From: Leptospirillum sp.
GTDB taxonomy: Bacteria > Nitrospirota > Leptospirillia > Leptospirillales > Leptospirillaceae
Assembly: GCA_027315205.1 (NCBI GenBank)
Contig: DAHUYM010000005.1
Coordinates: 7,638-71,637 of the forward strand
DNA: 64,000 nucleotides
Direction of reading: 5' to 3'
Shown one piece after another: positions 26,890 to 36,249 of this stretch. A program made the translations under genes and the position numbers. Below the pieces are notes generated by a model. The model saw only the letters and a list, made by a program, of their open reading frames with translations, did not search any database and was not told the origin of the DNA. Within the stretch, counting starts at the first letter, position 1; each line of letters begins with the position of its first letter.

Positions 26890-28560
26890 ATGATGCGTCC
26901 GGAACCGGCCTGGATCCAGAAGGATGTGCTGTACGAAATCTATATCCGGTGCTTTCTGGACCATAACGGCGACGGCACGGGCGACTTTGCCGGCATCACC
27001 GACCGGCTTGACTACATCGCCCGGCTCGGAGTCCGTTCCATCCTTTTGAACTGCCCTTTCCTCGCCCAGAGAGAACGCGACCGCCATCCCCTGGTCGACT
27101 GGATGAAGGTCGACCCGGATCTCGGAAACCTGTCGGACTTTCTTCTCCTGATCGAAAAAGCCCATGCCCGTGGACTGAGGGTCCTCATCTCGCTTCCCGT
27201 CAACGCGACGTCCATCGAGCACATCTGGTTTAGGGAATCCCGCCAGAAAAAACCCCGATTCATGAAAAAGAGCTACTTCTGGTCGGAAGAGGCTCCTTCG
27301 GAACCGGAGGCGGAAAATGTCTCTCCCGAAAAGGCCAACTGGTCCCAGGACGCCGAATCGCTCCGCTATTACTGGTTCCAGGACCGGAAAAACGAGCCGG
27401 CGCTGAACTATGCCGACCCGGAAATCATGGAAGAGATGCGCAGGGTCTTCGAACACTGGTTCACCCTCGGAGTGGACGGATTCCGACTGGCCGGCGCGGG
27501 CAGGCTCCACGTCTTCAAAAACCGTTCGATCGAGCCTCTCCCGGATCCCTTCAGGACGTTCCTTCCAGTGACAGAGCCGCTCCGGAAAATCTTTCCCGAC
27601 AGGGTCTTCCTCTTCGGGACTGAAACGCCCCCGTCCCGGAAGACCGGCTTGTCCGACCCGAACACCTACTTTCACTTCGGGTCGTTTTTTCCTTCCGTGC
27701 TTGACGCGGTGAAGAACGAAGACAAGGGGGCCCTCGATACTCTGATCATTACGTCCCCGGAGATCCGTTCCGCCCGAAAAGACGGTACGATCCGCTGGAC
27801 GATCGACCACCGGGCTCGTTCCGAGGACACATTCGAAAAGTTCGATTCCGACGGAGCCGGCGAGATCCCTCCTCCCGTCAACGACCTCGGCCCTCCCCGA
27901 CCTATCCTCGCCCGACTGGCCGGTTCCATGGAAAACGGCCGCAGACGGATACAGCTCGTCATGAGCCTGTCGCTCACTTTCCCGGGAATTCCGGTCCTCT
28001 ACTACGGAGACGAGATCGGGATGGGGGACAATCCCCACCTGCCCGGGAAAAAACCGATCCGGACCCCCATGCAGTGGTCGGCGGACCGTAACGCCGGATT
28101 TTCGAGGGCCGATCCCGAAGAGCTCTACAGCACGGTCATCGACGACCCGCCCTTCAGCTATACGATGGTCAACGTCGAGAGCCAGGAACGGTTTCCGGAC
28201 TCCCATCTCTGGCATGTCCGCCTCATGATCGACATCCGTAACGGTCAACCCGCCCTCTGGAGCGACGGGATCTTCGAGACGGTCGAAACCACCCACCCGG
28301 CCATGCTTGCGTTCATCAGGTCACGCGGCGACACGGTCTGCCTCCTGATACACAACCTTTCCAAGTCGGCGATCTGCGGACTCCTGAAACTCTCGCTCTG
28401 GGAAGGGCTCGTCCCCAGGGAACTCCTGGGCGGCGTCCGCTTTCCCAGAATCGGGAAATCCCCGTACCTCGTCACCATGACCCCCTACTCCTACATCTGG
28501 TTTCTTCTCGAAAAACCGTCTCCGGGAAACGGGACCGGCACGGAAGGAGCCGCTCCATGA
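26890..28560 (+). CDS. Trehalose-synthase-like GH13 paralog with substituted catalytic residues (probable pseudoenzyme)
   Basis: 556 aa, collinear with the downstream TreS (shared blocks YEIYIRCF/YEIPLKSF, YYGDEIGMGDN, RTPMQWS, GFSRADP, VNVESQ). GH13 region I reads VNATS (TreS has VNHTS). Region II reads GVDGFRLAGAG (TreS has GVDGLRCDAVP). Region III reads FLFGTETPP (TreS has LLAEANQWP). Region IV reads WTIDHRARSED (TreS has WTIFLRNHDEL). Confidence 0.8.
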   Translation: MMRPEPAWIQKDVLYEIYIRCFLDHNGDGTGDFAGITDRLDYIARLGVRSILLNCPFLAQRERDRHPLVDWMKVDPDLGNLSDFLLLIEKAHARGLRVLISLPVNATSIEHIWFRESRQKKPRFMKKSYFWSEEAPSEPEAENVSPEKANWSQDAESLRYYWFQDRKNEPALNYADPEIMEEMRRVFEHWFTLGVDGFRLAGAGRLHVFKNRSIEPLPDPFRTFLPVTEPLRKIFPDRVFLFGTETPPSRKTGLSDPNTYFHFGSFFPSVLDAVKNEDKGALDTLIITSPEIRSARKDGTIRWTIDHRARSEDTFEKFDSDGAGEIPPPVNDLGPPRPILARLAGSMENGRRRIQLVMSLSLTFPGIPVLYYGDEIGMGDNPHLPGKKPIRTPMQWSADRNAGFSRADPEELYSTVIDDPPFSYTMVNVESQERFPDSHLWHVRLMIDIRNGQPALWSDGIFETVETTHPAMLAFIRSRGDTVCLLIHNLSKSAICGLLKLSLWEGLVPRELLGGVRFPRIGKSPYLVTMTPYSYIWFLLEKPSPGNGTGTEGAAP

Positions 28561-30230
28561 CCGATATGGAACAGGATCCCCTCTGGTACAAGGACGTCAT
28601 CATCTATGAAATCCCCCTCAAATCCTTCTTCGATGCCAACGGGGACGGGATCGGGGATTTCCCGGGCCTGATCGAAAAGCTCGACTATATCTCGAACCTC
28701 GGAGTGACGGCCATCTGGTTATTGCCGTTCACGGATTCCCCCCTGAAGGACGACGGGTACGATATTCGGGACTATTTCAGCGTCTACCCGCCTTACGGGA
28801 ACCTCGCGGACGTTCGCCGGTTCATCGAAGAGGCCCACAAACGGGGCATCCGCGTCATTACCGAACTCGTCGTGAACCATACGTCGGACACGCACCCCTG
28901 GTTCGTCTCGGCACGTTCGACCCGGGCCTCTCCCTTCAGGGACTACTACGTTTGGAGCGACTCTCCCGAAAAATACCGGGGGACGCGGATCATTTTCAGC
29001 GATTCGGAGAAATCGAACTGGACCTGGGAACCGAAGACCCGGCAATACTACTGGCACCGTTTTTTCCATCACCAGCCCGACCTCAACTTCGACAACCCGA
29101 AGGTCCAGGACGAGATCCTCAATATCGTCACATTCTGGTTTTCCCTGGGAGTCGACGGTCTCCGCTGCGACGCCGTCCCGTACCTCTTCGAACGGGAAGG
29201 AACGAACTGCGAGAATCTCCCCGAGACCCACGCGTTCCTTAAACGACTCAGAAAAGAGGTTGACCGCCTTTTTCCCGGACGCATGCTTCTGGCGGAGGCA
29301 AACCAGTGGCCCCGTGACGTCCTCCCCTATTTCGGGAACGAAGACGAATTCCACATGGCCTATCATTTCCCTCTCATGCCGAGGCTCTTTATCGCGATCG
29401 CCCAGGGGGACCGGAAACCCATCGTCGAGATCCTCGGACAAACCCCTCCCATTCCCGATTCCTGCCAATGGACGATTTTCCTTCGGAACCACGACGAATT
29501 GACCCTCGAGATGGTGTCCGACCAGGAGCGGGATTATCTGTGGTCGTACTATGCAAAGGATTCCCGGATGCGGCTGAACCTGGGGATCCGGCGACGGCTC
29601 GCCCCGCTTATGCAGAACGACCGGCGGAAGATCGATCTCATGCACAGCCTCCTCCTCACCCTTCCCGGAACGCCCATTCTTTACTACGGGGACGAAATCG
29701 GAATGGGGGACAATGTCCACTTGGGCGACCGGAACGGAGTCCGCACCCCGATGCAGTGGTCCTCCGACAAAAACGGGGGATTTTCGCGGGCCGATCCCTC
29801 CTCCCTCTACAGCCCCCCTATTCAGAACCCGGTCTACGGCTATCACGTGGTCAACGTCGAATCCCAGGTCCGGTTCCCCACAAGCCCGCTGAACATGCTT
29901 CGGCAGATGATCCAGGTGCGCCAGGGGTTCCGTATTTTCGGACGGGGATCCACGACGATCCTCCACCCCAAAAACTTCAGGGTCTTCGCCTATCTCCGGG
30001 AAAGCGACGGGAAGGTGGGCCTGATCCTGAACAACCTGTCCGATGCCACGGAATCCGTCCTTCTCGACCTGTCCCGATTCGACGGCTATACGCCCGTCGA
30101 AATGTTCAGCCAGAGCGAATTCCCGAAAATCCGGAAACATCCTCTCCATTTCACGGTAAGCCCGTACGGGTATTTCTGGTTGTACCTCCAGCCTCCGGAC
30201 CTTCCTTCAGATCACCCGGGCTCTTCCTGA
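28557..30230 (+). CDS. treS: Trehalose synthase (maltose alpha-D-glucosyltransferase)
   Basis: 557 aa. The GH13 regions are intact: VVNHTSDTHPWF, GVDGLRCDAVPYL, LLAEANQWP and FLRNHDELTLE. ATGA overlap with the upstream paralog. Confidence 0.9.
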   Translation: MTDMEQDPLWYKDVIIYEIPLKSFFDANGDGIGDFPGLIEKLDYISNLGVTAIWLLPFTDSPLKDDGYDIRDYFSVYPPYGNLADVRRFIEEAHKRGIRVITELVVNHTSDTHPWFVSARSTRASPFRDYYVWSDSPEKYRGTRIIFSDSEKSNWTWEPKTRQYYWHRFFHHQPDLNFDNPKVQDEILNIVTFWFSLGVDGLRCDAVPYLFEREGTNCENLPETHAFLKRLRKEVDRLFPGRMLLAEANQWPRDVLPYFGNEDEFHMAYHFPLMPRLFIAIAQGDRKPIVEILGQTPPIPDSCQWTIFLRNHDELTLEMVSDQERDYLWSYYAKDSRMRLNLGIRRRLAPLMQNDRRKIDLMHSLLLTLPGTPILYYGDEIGMGDNVHLGDRNGVRTPMQWSSDKNGGFSRADPSSLYSPPIQNPVYGYHVVNVESQVRFPTSPLNMLRQMIQVRQGFRIFGRGSTTILHPKNFRVFAYLRESDGKVGLILNNLSDATESVLLDLSRFDGYTPVEMFSQSEFPKIRKHPLHFTVSPYGYFWLYLQPPDLPSDHPGSS

Positions 30231-30446
30231 AAGGGAAGGTTTCGGTTCCCCGGATCGCCTTTACCACCCGATTCCTTCCGGCGTTCATGAAACCTGTCTC
30301 GCATATCCAGCGCAAATCGGGCAATTTTCCGTCTTTCCCTTGTGTTCGATATGCCCCTCAATTACAATCTGGGGTCTGAGTCTTGCTTTGGAATCCGTTC
30401 CTGAACTCCCGACCATCCGACAAAACCGTGCTAGGAGAGCGGACAT

Positions 30447-30869
30447 ATGGACCTGACCAAGAGTTACCCCCGCAGTCCCGTCGACCGGCTGGGGGGAATC
30501 GACCAGTTGAAGAGGATGACCGACAAAGCCCGGGCGCACAAAGCCGGTACCCAGGGCGAATACATATACAACTGCCCATTGGACCAGGCTCTTCTGGGTT
30601 TTCTCGGGATCGACGACGAAAGTTTTCTGCGGGCGCTTGACACCCGGACCTCCGACGAAGACGTCCTGGCGTGGGTCCTCGAAAAATCGTCCAATGCGAA
30701 GGATCCTGAAAAGATCCGGAATTTCAACAAGACATTCGAATCCCGGGGTCCGGATTCTCCCGAAAAATGGGATTACTTCAAAAAAACCCGCGATGAGATC
30801 GATCCCGGCCGTACCGATGTCACCACCTGGGCGAGACTGATCGACCTCGAAGAAAAAAGACCGGTCTGA
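30447..30869 (+). CDS. DUF5069-like protein
   Basis: 140 aa. ...YPRSPVDRLGGIDQLKRMTDKARAHKAGTQGEYIYNCPLDQALLGFLGID... matches the DUF5069 pattern as I recall it. Confidence 0.65.
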   Translation: MDLTKSYPRSPVDRLGGIDQLKRMTDKARAHKAGTQGEYIYNCPLDQALLGFLGIDDESFLRALDTRTSDEDVLAWVLEKSSNAKDPEKIRNFNKTFESRGPDSPEKWDYFKKTRDEIDPGRTDVTTWARLIDLEEKRPV

Positions 30870-30929
30870 ACGATCCAAAACCGGAATCGCCGGAATGTCG
30901 TTTCCACCCTTCCTCGTAAGGAGACGTGG

Positions 30930-32366
30930 ATGTCTTTTCGCCTGCTCGCTTCGCTCTTTCGTTCCCGCGGTTACGCAACCATGGGCGGTATCCTGGTCGG
31001 GACGGCCCTGCTTGGGTTCCTTTTTTTCCATGCGCCCCGGGCGGGCGCCGATACGACCAACGGATCGGTCCACTTCAAGCCGGTTCCGGTCGTTCATGTC
31101 TACCCGAACGGCCTCAGGCTCATTTATGTGGACAATCCCTATTCCCCGATCGTGACGTTCCAGATCTGGTACAAGGTGGGTTCCATCAACGAAATCCGGG
31201 GAAAGACCGGCATCTCGCACTTTACGGAACACATGATGTTCACCGGCACCCCGCGATATCCCCACGGATACCTGGACCGGGAGATCAACGCGATCGGGGG
31301 ACAGTCTAACGCGTTCACCGATTACGACTTCACCGCCTACTTCGAAAATACGGCGCCCAAGTACATCGATCTCGCGATGAAGATCGAGTCGGACAGGATG
31401 ACCCACCTCTCCCTGACCCCCGAACAGCTGGCACGCGAACGCAAAATCGTCCTTGAAGAGCGGAGGAACGATTACGACGACCCGACCCAGAAACTCGTGG
31501 AGCAGGTCTATGCGAAGGCGTTCCGGGTCCATCCCTACCACAATCCCGTGATCGGATGGGAACCCGATATCAAGAGAATCTCCCGTTCGGACCTGAAACG
31601 GTATTACACATCGCACTACATGCCGAATAACGCGACGATCATCGTCGTGGGCCCCGTCGATGGACCGGAATTGATCGCCGCCATCGGAAACCAATTCGGA
31701 TCCATTCCACGCGGCCCCAGTCCTGCCCCGGTCACCGTAAGAGAACCCGTACAGAAAGGGCTCCGCTTCACAGTGATCCACAAGCCGGCCATGCTCCCGG
31801 TGACGATGCTGGCGTTTCACGCGCCCAATTTCAAAAGTCCCGACTCCTATGCCCTGACCGTCCTGTCGACCCTTCTGTCCGGCGGGAGATCCTCGATCCT
31901 TTATCGCCAGATGGTCTACCAGAACCCGATTGCCGTCGATGCGGAAGGGGATTACGAAGCGATGACCAAAGGCCCGTCCCTCTTCTACTTCTATGCCCAG
32001 GGGCTGCCGAAGGTCTCGCCTCCGCTCCTCAGGCACAGGCTCGAGGGCATTATCGAAGGACTCAAGAGCAACAAAGTCTCGAAGGACGCTCTCGAAAGGG
32101 CCAAAAAACAGGTGATTTCCGGGTTCCTGATGGGACAGGAATCGACCTTCGGCCTCGGGATGCTGCTGGGTGAGATGGCCACCATCGGCGTCCCCCTGGA
32201 CTACCTGGATACCTACGTCGACCGGATCAAGTCCGTGAGCCTGGACGACATCCAGCGTGTCGTTCGGACCTATCTCACGAAATCGAATGAAACGGTGGGC
32301 TACCTTTATCCGACGGGAACGCCCAAAAAACCGTCCATTTCCCGACCGAACCGGATTGTCCGCTGA
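30930..32366 (+). CDS. M16-family zinc peptidase (catalytic subunit)
   Basis: N-terminal TM/signal, then GISHFTEHMMFTG (HxxEH zinc motif) and the pitrilysin-like body. Confidence 0.85.
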   Translation: MSFRLLASLFRSRGYATMGGILVGTALLGFLFFHAPRAGADTTNGSVHFKPVPVVHVYPNGLRLIYVDNPYSPIVTFQIWYKVGSINEIRGKTGISHFTEHMMFTGTPRYPHGYLDREINAIGGQSNAFTDYDFTAYFENTAPKYIDLAMKIESDRMTHLSLTPEQLARERKIVLEERRNDYDDPTQKLVEQVYAKAFRVHPYHNPVIGWEPDIKRISRSDLKRYYTSHYMPNNATIIVVGPVDGPELIAAIGNQFGSIPRGPSPAPVTVREPVQKGLRFTVIHKPAMLPVTMLAFHAPNFKSPDSYALTVLSTLLSGGRSSILYRQMVYQNPIAVDAEGDYEAMTKGPSLFYFYAQGLPKVSPPLLRHRLEGIIEGLKSNKVSKDALERAKKQVISGFLMGQESTFGLGMLLGEMATIGVPLDYLDTYVDRIKSVSLDDIQRVVRTYLTKSNETVGYLYPTGTPKKPSISRPNRIVR

Positions 32367-32394
32367 ACCCGGACCCTTCATTCGAGGAGAGAAC

Positions 32395-33822
32395 ATGATC
32401 CGAACCGCATCCCACCGACACCTGGTGATTCTCGCCGCCCTTGTTTTCTCCGGGTGCGCCCAGACGGAGATCGCGGCACCGAACCCGTCTTCCGTCCGCA
32501 CGCCCGCTATTGAAAGCCGGGAGGTTCCGGTCCTTCACAGCAAGGTCTTCCGGACCATCCTGGACAACGGCACCGTCGTCATCGTGATTCCGAGACCCGT
32601 GGTTCCTGTCGTCTCTTTTAGAATCGGCATCCGCGCAGGTTCGGCCCAGGACCCGAAAGGGCAGGAAGGAGTGGCCTCGCTTACAGCATCGCTCCTGAAC
32701 CGTGGAACAAAATCGCGCGACGCCCTTTCGATCTTCCGCGCCATCGACGCGTCGGGAGGCGATCTCGAGGCCACGGCCGGACGGGATCTCACGACGATCT
32801 CCGGAAAGGTCCTGACCTCCGACCTGGACCCTCTGTTTGCTCTGGCGGCGGATATGGTCCGCCATCCCGTATTCAAGGAGGACGAATTCGCACGGAACCT
32901 GGAACAGTCCAAAGCCTCCCTTCTCGAGGAAAGAAACCATGCCGGTCCCATCGCCCGGAACCTTTTCTACAAGTCCCTCTTCGGGACCGGACCTTACGGA
33001 CATCCTCCGTCGGGGACCATGGACTCCCTGTCGACCCTCACACGGTCGGAGGTCGTCGATTTCTATCACGCGTACTACCGTCCGGACCGGACCCTCATCA
33101 CCTTCGCCGGCGACATTACCCCGGAAAAGGCCCTGGCACTCGTAAAGTCAGCATTCGGGGACTGGACGCTCACCACCCCGCCCCCCTTCCCGACTCTCCC
33201 GGCCCCCACAAATCGTGAGGCCAAGGGGCAAACCCTCCTGGTCGACCGTCCGGACCTGGCCCAGGCCATGGTCATCATGGGCACATATGGCTTAAGGCGT
33301 GACGACCCCCGGTTCTACGACGCCCTCGTGATGAACCAGATCCTGGGGGGTTCGACCACGTCGACGTTGAATCACGTGGTCCGCCAGAAGAACGGTCTCG
33401 TCTATTACATTTACAGCGGCTTCGACGCAGAACGGCACACCGGACCGTTCTTTGTCGTCTTCCAGACCCACGCGCCCAACACTCCCAAGGTTCTCGACCT
33501 GACGAGAAAAATCCTCCGGGAATCCCGGGACGCGCCTGTCTCCCAAAAAACCGTCGCGACGGTCCAGGACAACCTCCTGGGACAGTTCCCTTTTCGGGTG
33601 GACTCCGACGACCGGATCGCCTCGCTTCTCCTGTATATCGAGACGTACCGGCTGGGACTCACGTACTTCACCGATTATCCGGAGCGCGTCAAGGAGGTCA
33701 CCCCCCAATCGGTCCGGAATGCGGCACAAACCTTCCTTCACCCGGAACACATGGTGACCGTCATCGTGGGTCCGATCCGCAAGACCAAAGTCCAGGAAGG
33801 AACGCGGGTTCCCCAACCCTGA
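32395..33822 (+). CDS. M16-family peptidase-like lipoprotein (non-catalytic partner, no HxxEH)
   Basis: Trimmed to ATG 32395. Lipobox-like LAALVFSGC. The position equivalent to HxxEH reads GVASLTASLLNRG. M16 fold blocks are present. Confidence 0.8.
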   Translation: MIRTASHRHLVILAALVFSGCAQTEIAAPNPSSVRTPAIESREVPVLHSKVFRTILDNGTVVIVIPRPVVPVVSFRIGIRAGSAQDPKGQEGVASLTASLLNRGTKSRDALSIFRAIDASGGDLEATAGRDLTTISGKVLTSDLDPLFALAADMVRHPVFKEDEFARNLEQSKASLLEERNHAGPIARNLFYKSLFGTGPYGHPPSGTMDSLSTLTRSEVVDFYHAYYRPDRTLITFAGDITPEKALALVKSAFGDWTLTTPPPFPTLPAPTNREAKGQTLLVDRPDLAQAMVIMGTYGLRRDDPRFYDALVMNQILGGSTTSTLNHVVRQKNGLVYYIYSGFDAERHTGPFFVVFQTHAPNTPKVLDLTRKILRESRDAPVSQKTVATVQDNLLGQFPFRVDSDDRIASLLLYIETYRLGLTYFTDYPERVKEVTPQSVRNAAQTFLHPEHMVTVIVGPIRKTKVQEGTRVPQP

Positions 33823-33853
33823 CCGGTGGACTGGATGATAATGGGTTTCGTCC

Positions 33854-33882
33854 TTGCATTTTTTACCCGCTAGGGCTATTGT
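33854..33882 (+). promoter_or_regulatory. Candidate sigma70 promoter (TTGCAT - 17 nt - TATTGT) upstream of the micro-ORF
   Basis: Hexamers read directly, about 70 nt upstream of ATG 33952. Confidence 0.3.
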
Positions 33883-33951
33883 GAAGCTTTGCTGGATTTT
33901 CCCGATTCATGAATCTTTTGACCTGATTTTACCGGAGGGATTGTCTGACCG

Positions 33952-34041
33952 ATGTCGAGTGTGATCAAGAAACGCCGGAAAAAAATCCGTAAGCATAAAT
34001 ACAAGAAACTGAGGCGGGCTTCACGGCACAAGAAGAAGTAA
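33952..34041 (+). CDS. 29-aa highly basic micro-protein resembling ribosomal protein bS22 (AURKAIP1/COX24-type)
   Basis: Below the ORF-track size cutoff. ATG TCG AGT GTG ATC AAG AAA CGC CGG... gives MSSVIKKRRKKIRKHKYKKLRRASRHKKK*. GGAGGG lies upstream. The (G/S)SVIKKRRKxxxKxKxRKLL pattern matches bS22 of actinobacteria and Bacteroidetes as I recall it. Confidence 0.6.
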   Translation: MSSVIKKRRKKIRKHKYKKLRRASRHKKK

Positions 34042-34047
34042 GCCGGC

Positions 34048-34076
34048 TTCCCTTCCCCCCGGCGGGGGGAAGGGGG
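34048..34076 (+). promoter_or_regulatory. GC-rich hairpin (about 11 WC + 2 GU pairs, GGC loop) whose 3' arm contains the RBS of the next gene
   Basis: ttcccttcccccc-ggc-ggggggaaggggg. No U-tract follows. GGGGGAG (34072-34078) is the only RBS-like element before ATG 34088. Confidence 0.4.
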
Positions 34077-34087
34077 AGATTACCGCT

Positions 34088-34525
34088 ATGAATGAACGAA
34101 AACTTGCCATCGGTTCGACCGTGCTTCTTTTCCTGGCCGCGGTCGCCATCCTGACCTACCAGCAGGGCGTCATTTCGGATCTGACCACCAAAGTGAACAA
34201 CCTGAAAGTCCAGGCACACGCCTCAGGAAAAGGTCCGATTTCGTTTTCCGAGCGGACGGTCGAAGCGAGTCCCGGGGCCTATGAACTGAGCGTGATCAAG
34301 GCCGCCATGGCCGTGCCCGACTTCGGATCGATGATTCCTCAGGAGCTGGCACGCGGACTCAAATGGACCCTCCGGGACCGCAACCGGCTTCATTTCATCG
34401 GGGGAAATCTCGTGATCCTCGAGGTCCAGGACCCGACTGGACAGGTTCTTCCCCTTCTCTTCCATATTCCCGATCCCTCACAAACCCCCACATGGCGCTA
34501 CCTGTACGGGTTCGTCTCCTCCTAA
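34088..34525 (+). CDS. Hypothetical membrane-anchored protein
   Basis: 145 aa. N-terminal TM (LAIGSTVLLFLAAVAILTY), then a soluble domain. No family recognised. Confidence 0.5.
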   Translation: MNERKLAIGSTVLLFLAAVAILTYQQGVISDLTTKVNNLKVQAHASGKGPISFSERTVEASPGAYELSVIKAAMAVPDFGSMIPQELARGLKWTLRDRNRLHFIGGNLVILEVQDPTGQVLPLLFHIPDPSQTPTWRYLYGFVSS

Positions 34526-35085
34526 GACACGAGCGTTTCAAGCCGTTCGAGACTCTGGGACCATCCTTCGGCCATCCCCGTCTTCATGAACGCGTCGCGG
34601 TCCGCCGCCGACCCGAAGTGGGTCCGGATCGTAATCTTCGTTTTGCTACCAACCTCTTCGAATGTCACCGTCCAGCGCATCTCAGTGGCCGCTTTTCCCC
34701 CGCCCGGACGGTTCCTGTTTATCATGTCGTGCCATTCTTTCGAATGCTCCTCCGTGTTGACCGTGCTGACGATCCGTTCGGGGACGACGATCTCTACATA
34801 GACCCCCGTGATCGGGTAATCGATGCCTTTCGGGTCTCGCATGACGATCCGGAACGTCCCTCCGGGCCGCAAGTCCACCTCGCACACCGGGTTCGTCATG
34901 ACGTGAGGCCCCCACCATTTCGCGAGATGCTTGGGATCGGTCCAGGCCTTCCACACCAGATCCCGGGGCGCATCGATGATACGCGTGAAGAGGGTGTCGT
35001 TCCCCGAGATTTCAATATGCATGGCGCTATCCTTGGTCATTTTATCCCCCTTGTTACAGGAACAGTACATATCCTTCACAGTCAC
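34522..35085 (-). CDS. SRPBCC/AHSA1-family protein
   Basis: ...FTRIIDAPRDLVWKAWTDPKHLAKWWGP...RPGGTFRIVMRDPKG.DYP..G.Y.EIV.PERI. GTGA overlap with the upstream paralog. Confidence 0.8.
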   Translation of the reverse strand: MTVKDMYCSCNKGDKMTKDSAMHIEISGNDTLFTRIIDAPRDLVWKAWTDPKHLAKWWGPHVMTNPVCEVDLRPGGTFRIVMRDPKGIDYPITGVYVEIVVPERIVSTVNTEEHSKEWHDMINRNRPGGGKAATEMRWTVTFEEVGSKTKITIRTHFGSAADRDAFMKTGMAEGWSQSLERLETLVS

Positions 35086-35576
35086 GCAGACCCCTTCGAC
35101 AGAAGGACATCGAGCCGGACCAGGGTCTGTTCGGCCCCTTCTACTGCACCATATTCCTTGACCACCCTGTCCCGATCCTCAACCGACGGGAAAACCATCC
35201 GGATGGTGACTCCAGTCTTGTCGCCCAGATTCTCGAAGCTCCAAGTCGCTTCAAAACGGACACCAGCGTCTCCCTGTCTTCTCCCGCCATGGGAAAACGA
35301 GATGCGCTCCGGTTTCACGACTTCTGTAAAGATGCTCTCGTTGGGATAGTCGACGCCGTCGGGACCGTGCATGACGTGCTTCCACACGCCTCCAGGCCTC
35401 ACATTCATTTCTTCGATAGTTGTCGTAAAACCTTCGGGTCCCCACCATTTGACGATCTGGCCCGGATCAGTCCAGGCCTCCCAGACAAGCTCCCTGGGTG
35501 CATCCACGATGCGGGACACGACGATCTCGCGGTCCGAAAGAATCTGTCCGGTGTCATTTTTTCTTTTTACGTCCAT
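35082..35576 (-). CDS. SRPBCC/AHSA1-family protein
   Basis: ...VSRIVDAPRELVWEAWTDPGQIVKWWGPEGF...RPGGVWKHVMHGPDGVDYPN... It is a paralog of the downstream gene. Confidence 0.8.
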   Translation of the reverse strand: MDVKRKNDTGQILSDREIVVSRIVDAPRELVWEAWTDPGQIVKWWGPEGFTTTIEEMNVRPGGVWKHVMHGPDGVDYPNESIFTEVVKPERISFSHGGRRQGDAGVRFEATWSFENLGDKTGVTIRMVFPSVEDRDRVVKEYGAVEGAEQTLVRLDVLLSKGSA

Positions 35577-35910
35577 GATTCTTCTCCTTGGACTTTAATT
35601 CCTGAAGATACGCGTCGAGTCGGTCGAGCCGCTTCTCCCAAAAAGACCTGTAGCCCTCCACCCAGTCGGCCACGTCCTTCAGGGGGGTTGCTTCAAGCCG
35701 GCACGGACGCCATTGGGCCTCCCGACCCCGGATGATAAGCCCCGCCTTTTCCAACGCCTTCAGGTGCTTCGTGATTGCGGGAAGGCTCATGTCGAACGGT
35801 TCGGCCAACTCGGTGACAGTCTTCTCCCCGGTGGCGAGGCTTGCCAGAATTGCCCTGCGGGTCGGATTGGCAAGTACGGCAAAAGTTTCGCTGAGACGGT
35901 CGAAAGTCAT
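35554..35910 (-). CDS. ArsR/SmtB-family transcriptional regulator
   Basis: FAVLANPTRRAILASLATGEKTVTELAEPFDMSLPAITKHLKALEKAGLI... It is the first gene of a three-gene minus-strand operon. Confidence 0.85.
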   Translation of the reverse strand: MTFDRLSETFAVLANPTRRAILASLATGEKTVTELAEPFDMSLPAITKHLKALEKAGLIIRGREAQWRPCRLEATPLKDVADWVEGYRSFWEKRLDRLDAYLQELKSKEKNHGRKKKK

Positions 35911-36249
35911 TATTTAACCTCACAGTTAATTAACCTAATAGTAAAATAATACGCACTGAAAGACTTGTCAACTGAGGTGAACACAGACACTCTTCGTACG
36001 GAAAATTTAAGGTATTTGGGAGATATTTTATTTTTCGACTTCCTCTTCCCGAAAAAACCGGCATTGGTCTATGCGGGAAAACGAAGTATGTCGGTCAAGC
36101 GTTTCGTATCGACGGTACGAGCAGCGTGAGTGAACATCGGAGGCGGACGCCTCTTCCGCCTCCTCGAGATATCGAAGCTTGTCTTTTTAAGGTTCTTGCA
36201 GGGGACATGTCACCACAGTCCTGATTCTTGGCGACCGGAGTCGAAAAGA

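Noticed and set aside
26668-28296. 542-aa minus-strand ORF.
   Set aside because: It is antisense to the TreS-like paralog, whose collinearity with TreS fixes the coding strand.
30285-32501. 738-aa minus-strand ORF.
   Set aside because: It is antisense to DUF5069 and the HxxEH M16 peptidase. This is a GC-rich shadow frame.
36139-36163. 9-bp GC hairpin (ggaggcgga-N7-tccgcctcc) as a terminator for the YCII gene.
   Set aside because: No U-tract follows in either orientation, so it was left unannotated.
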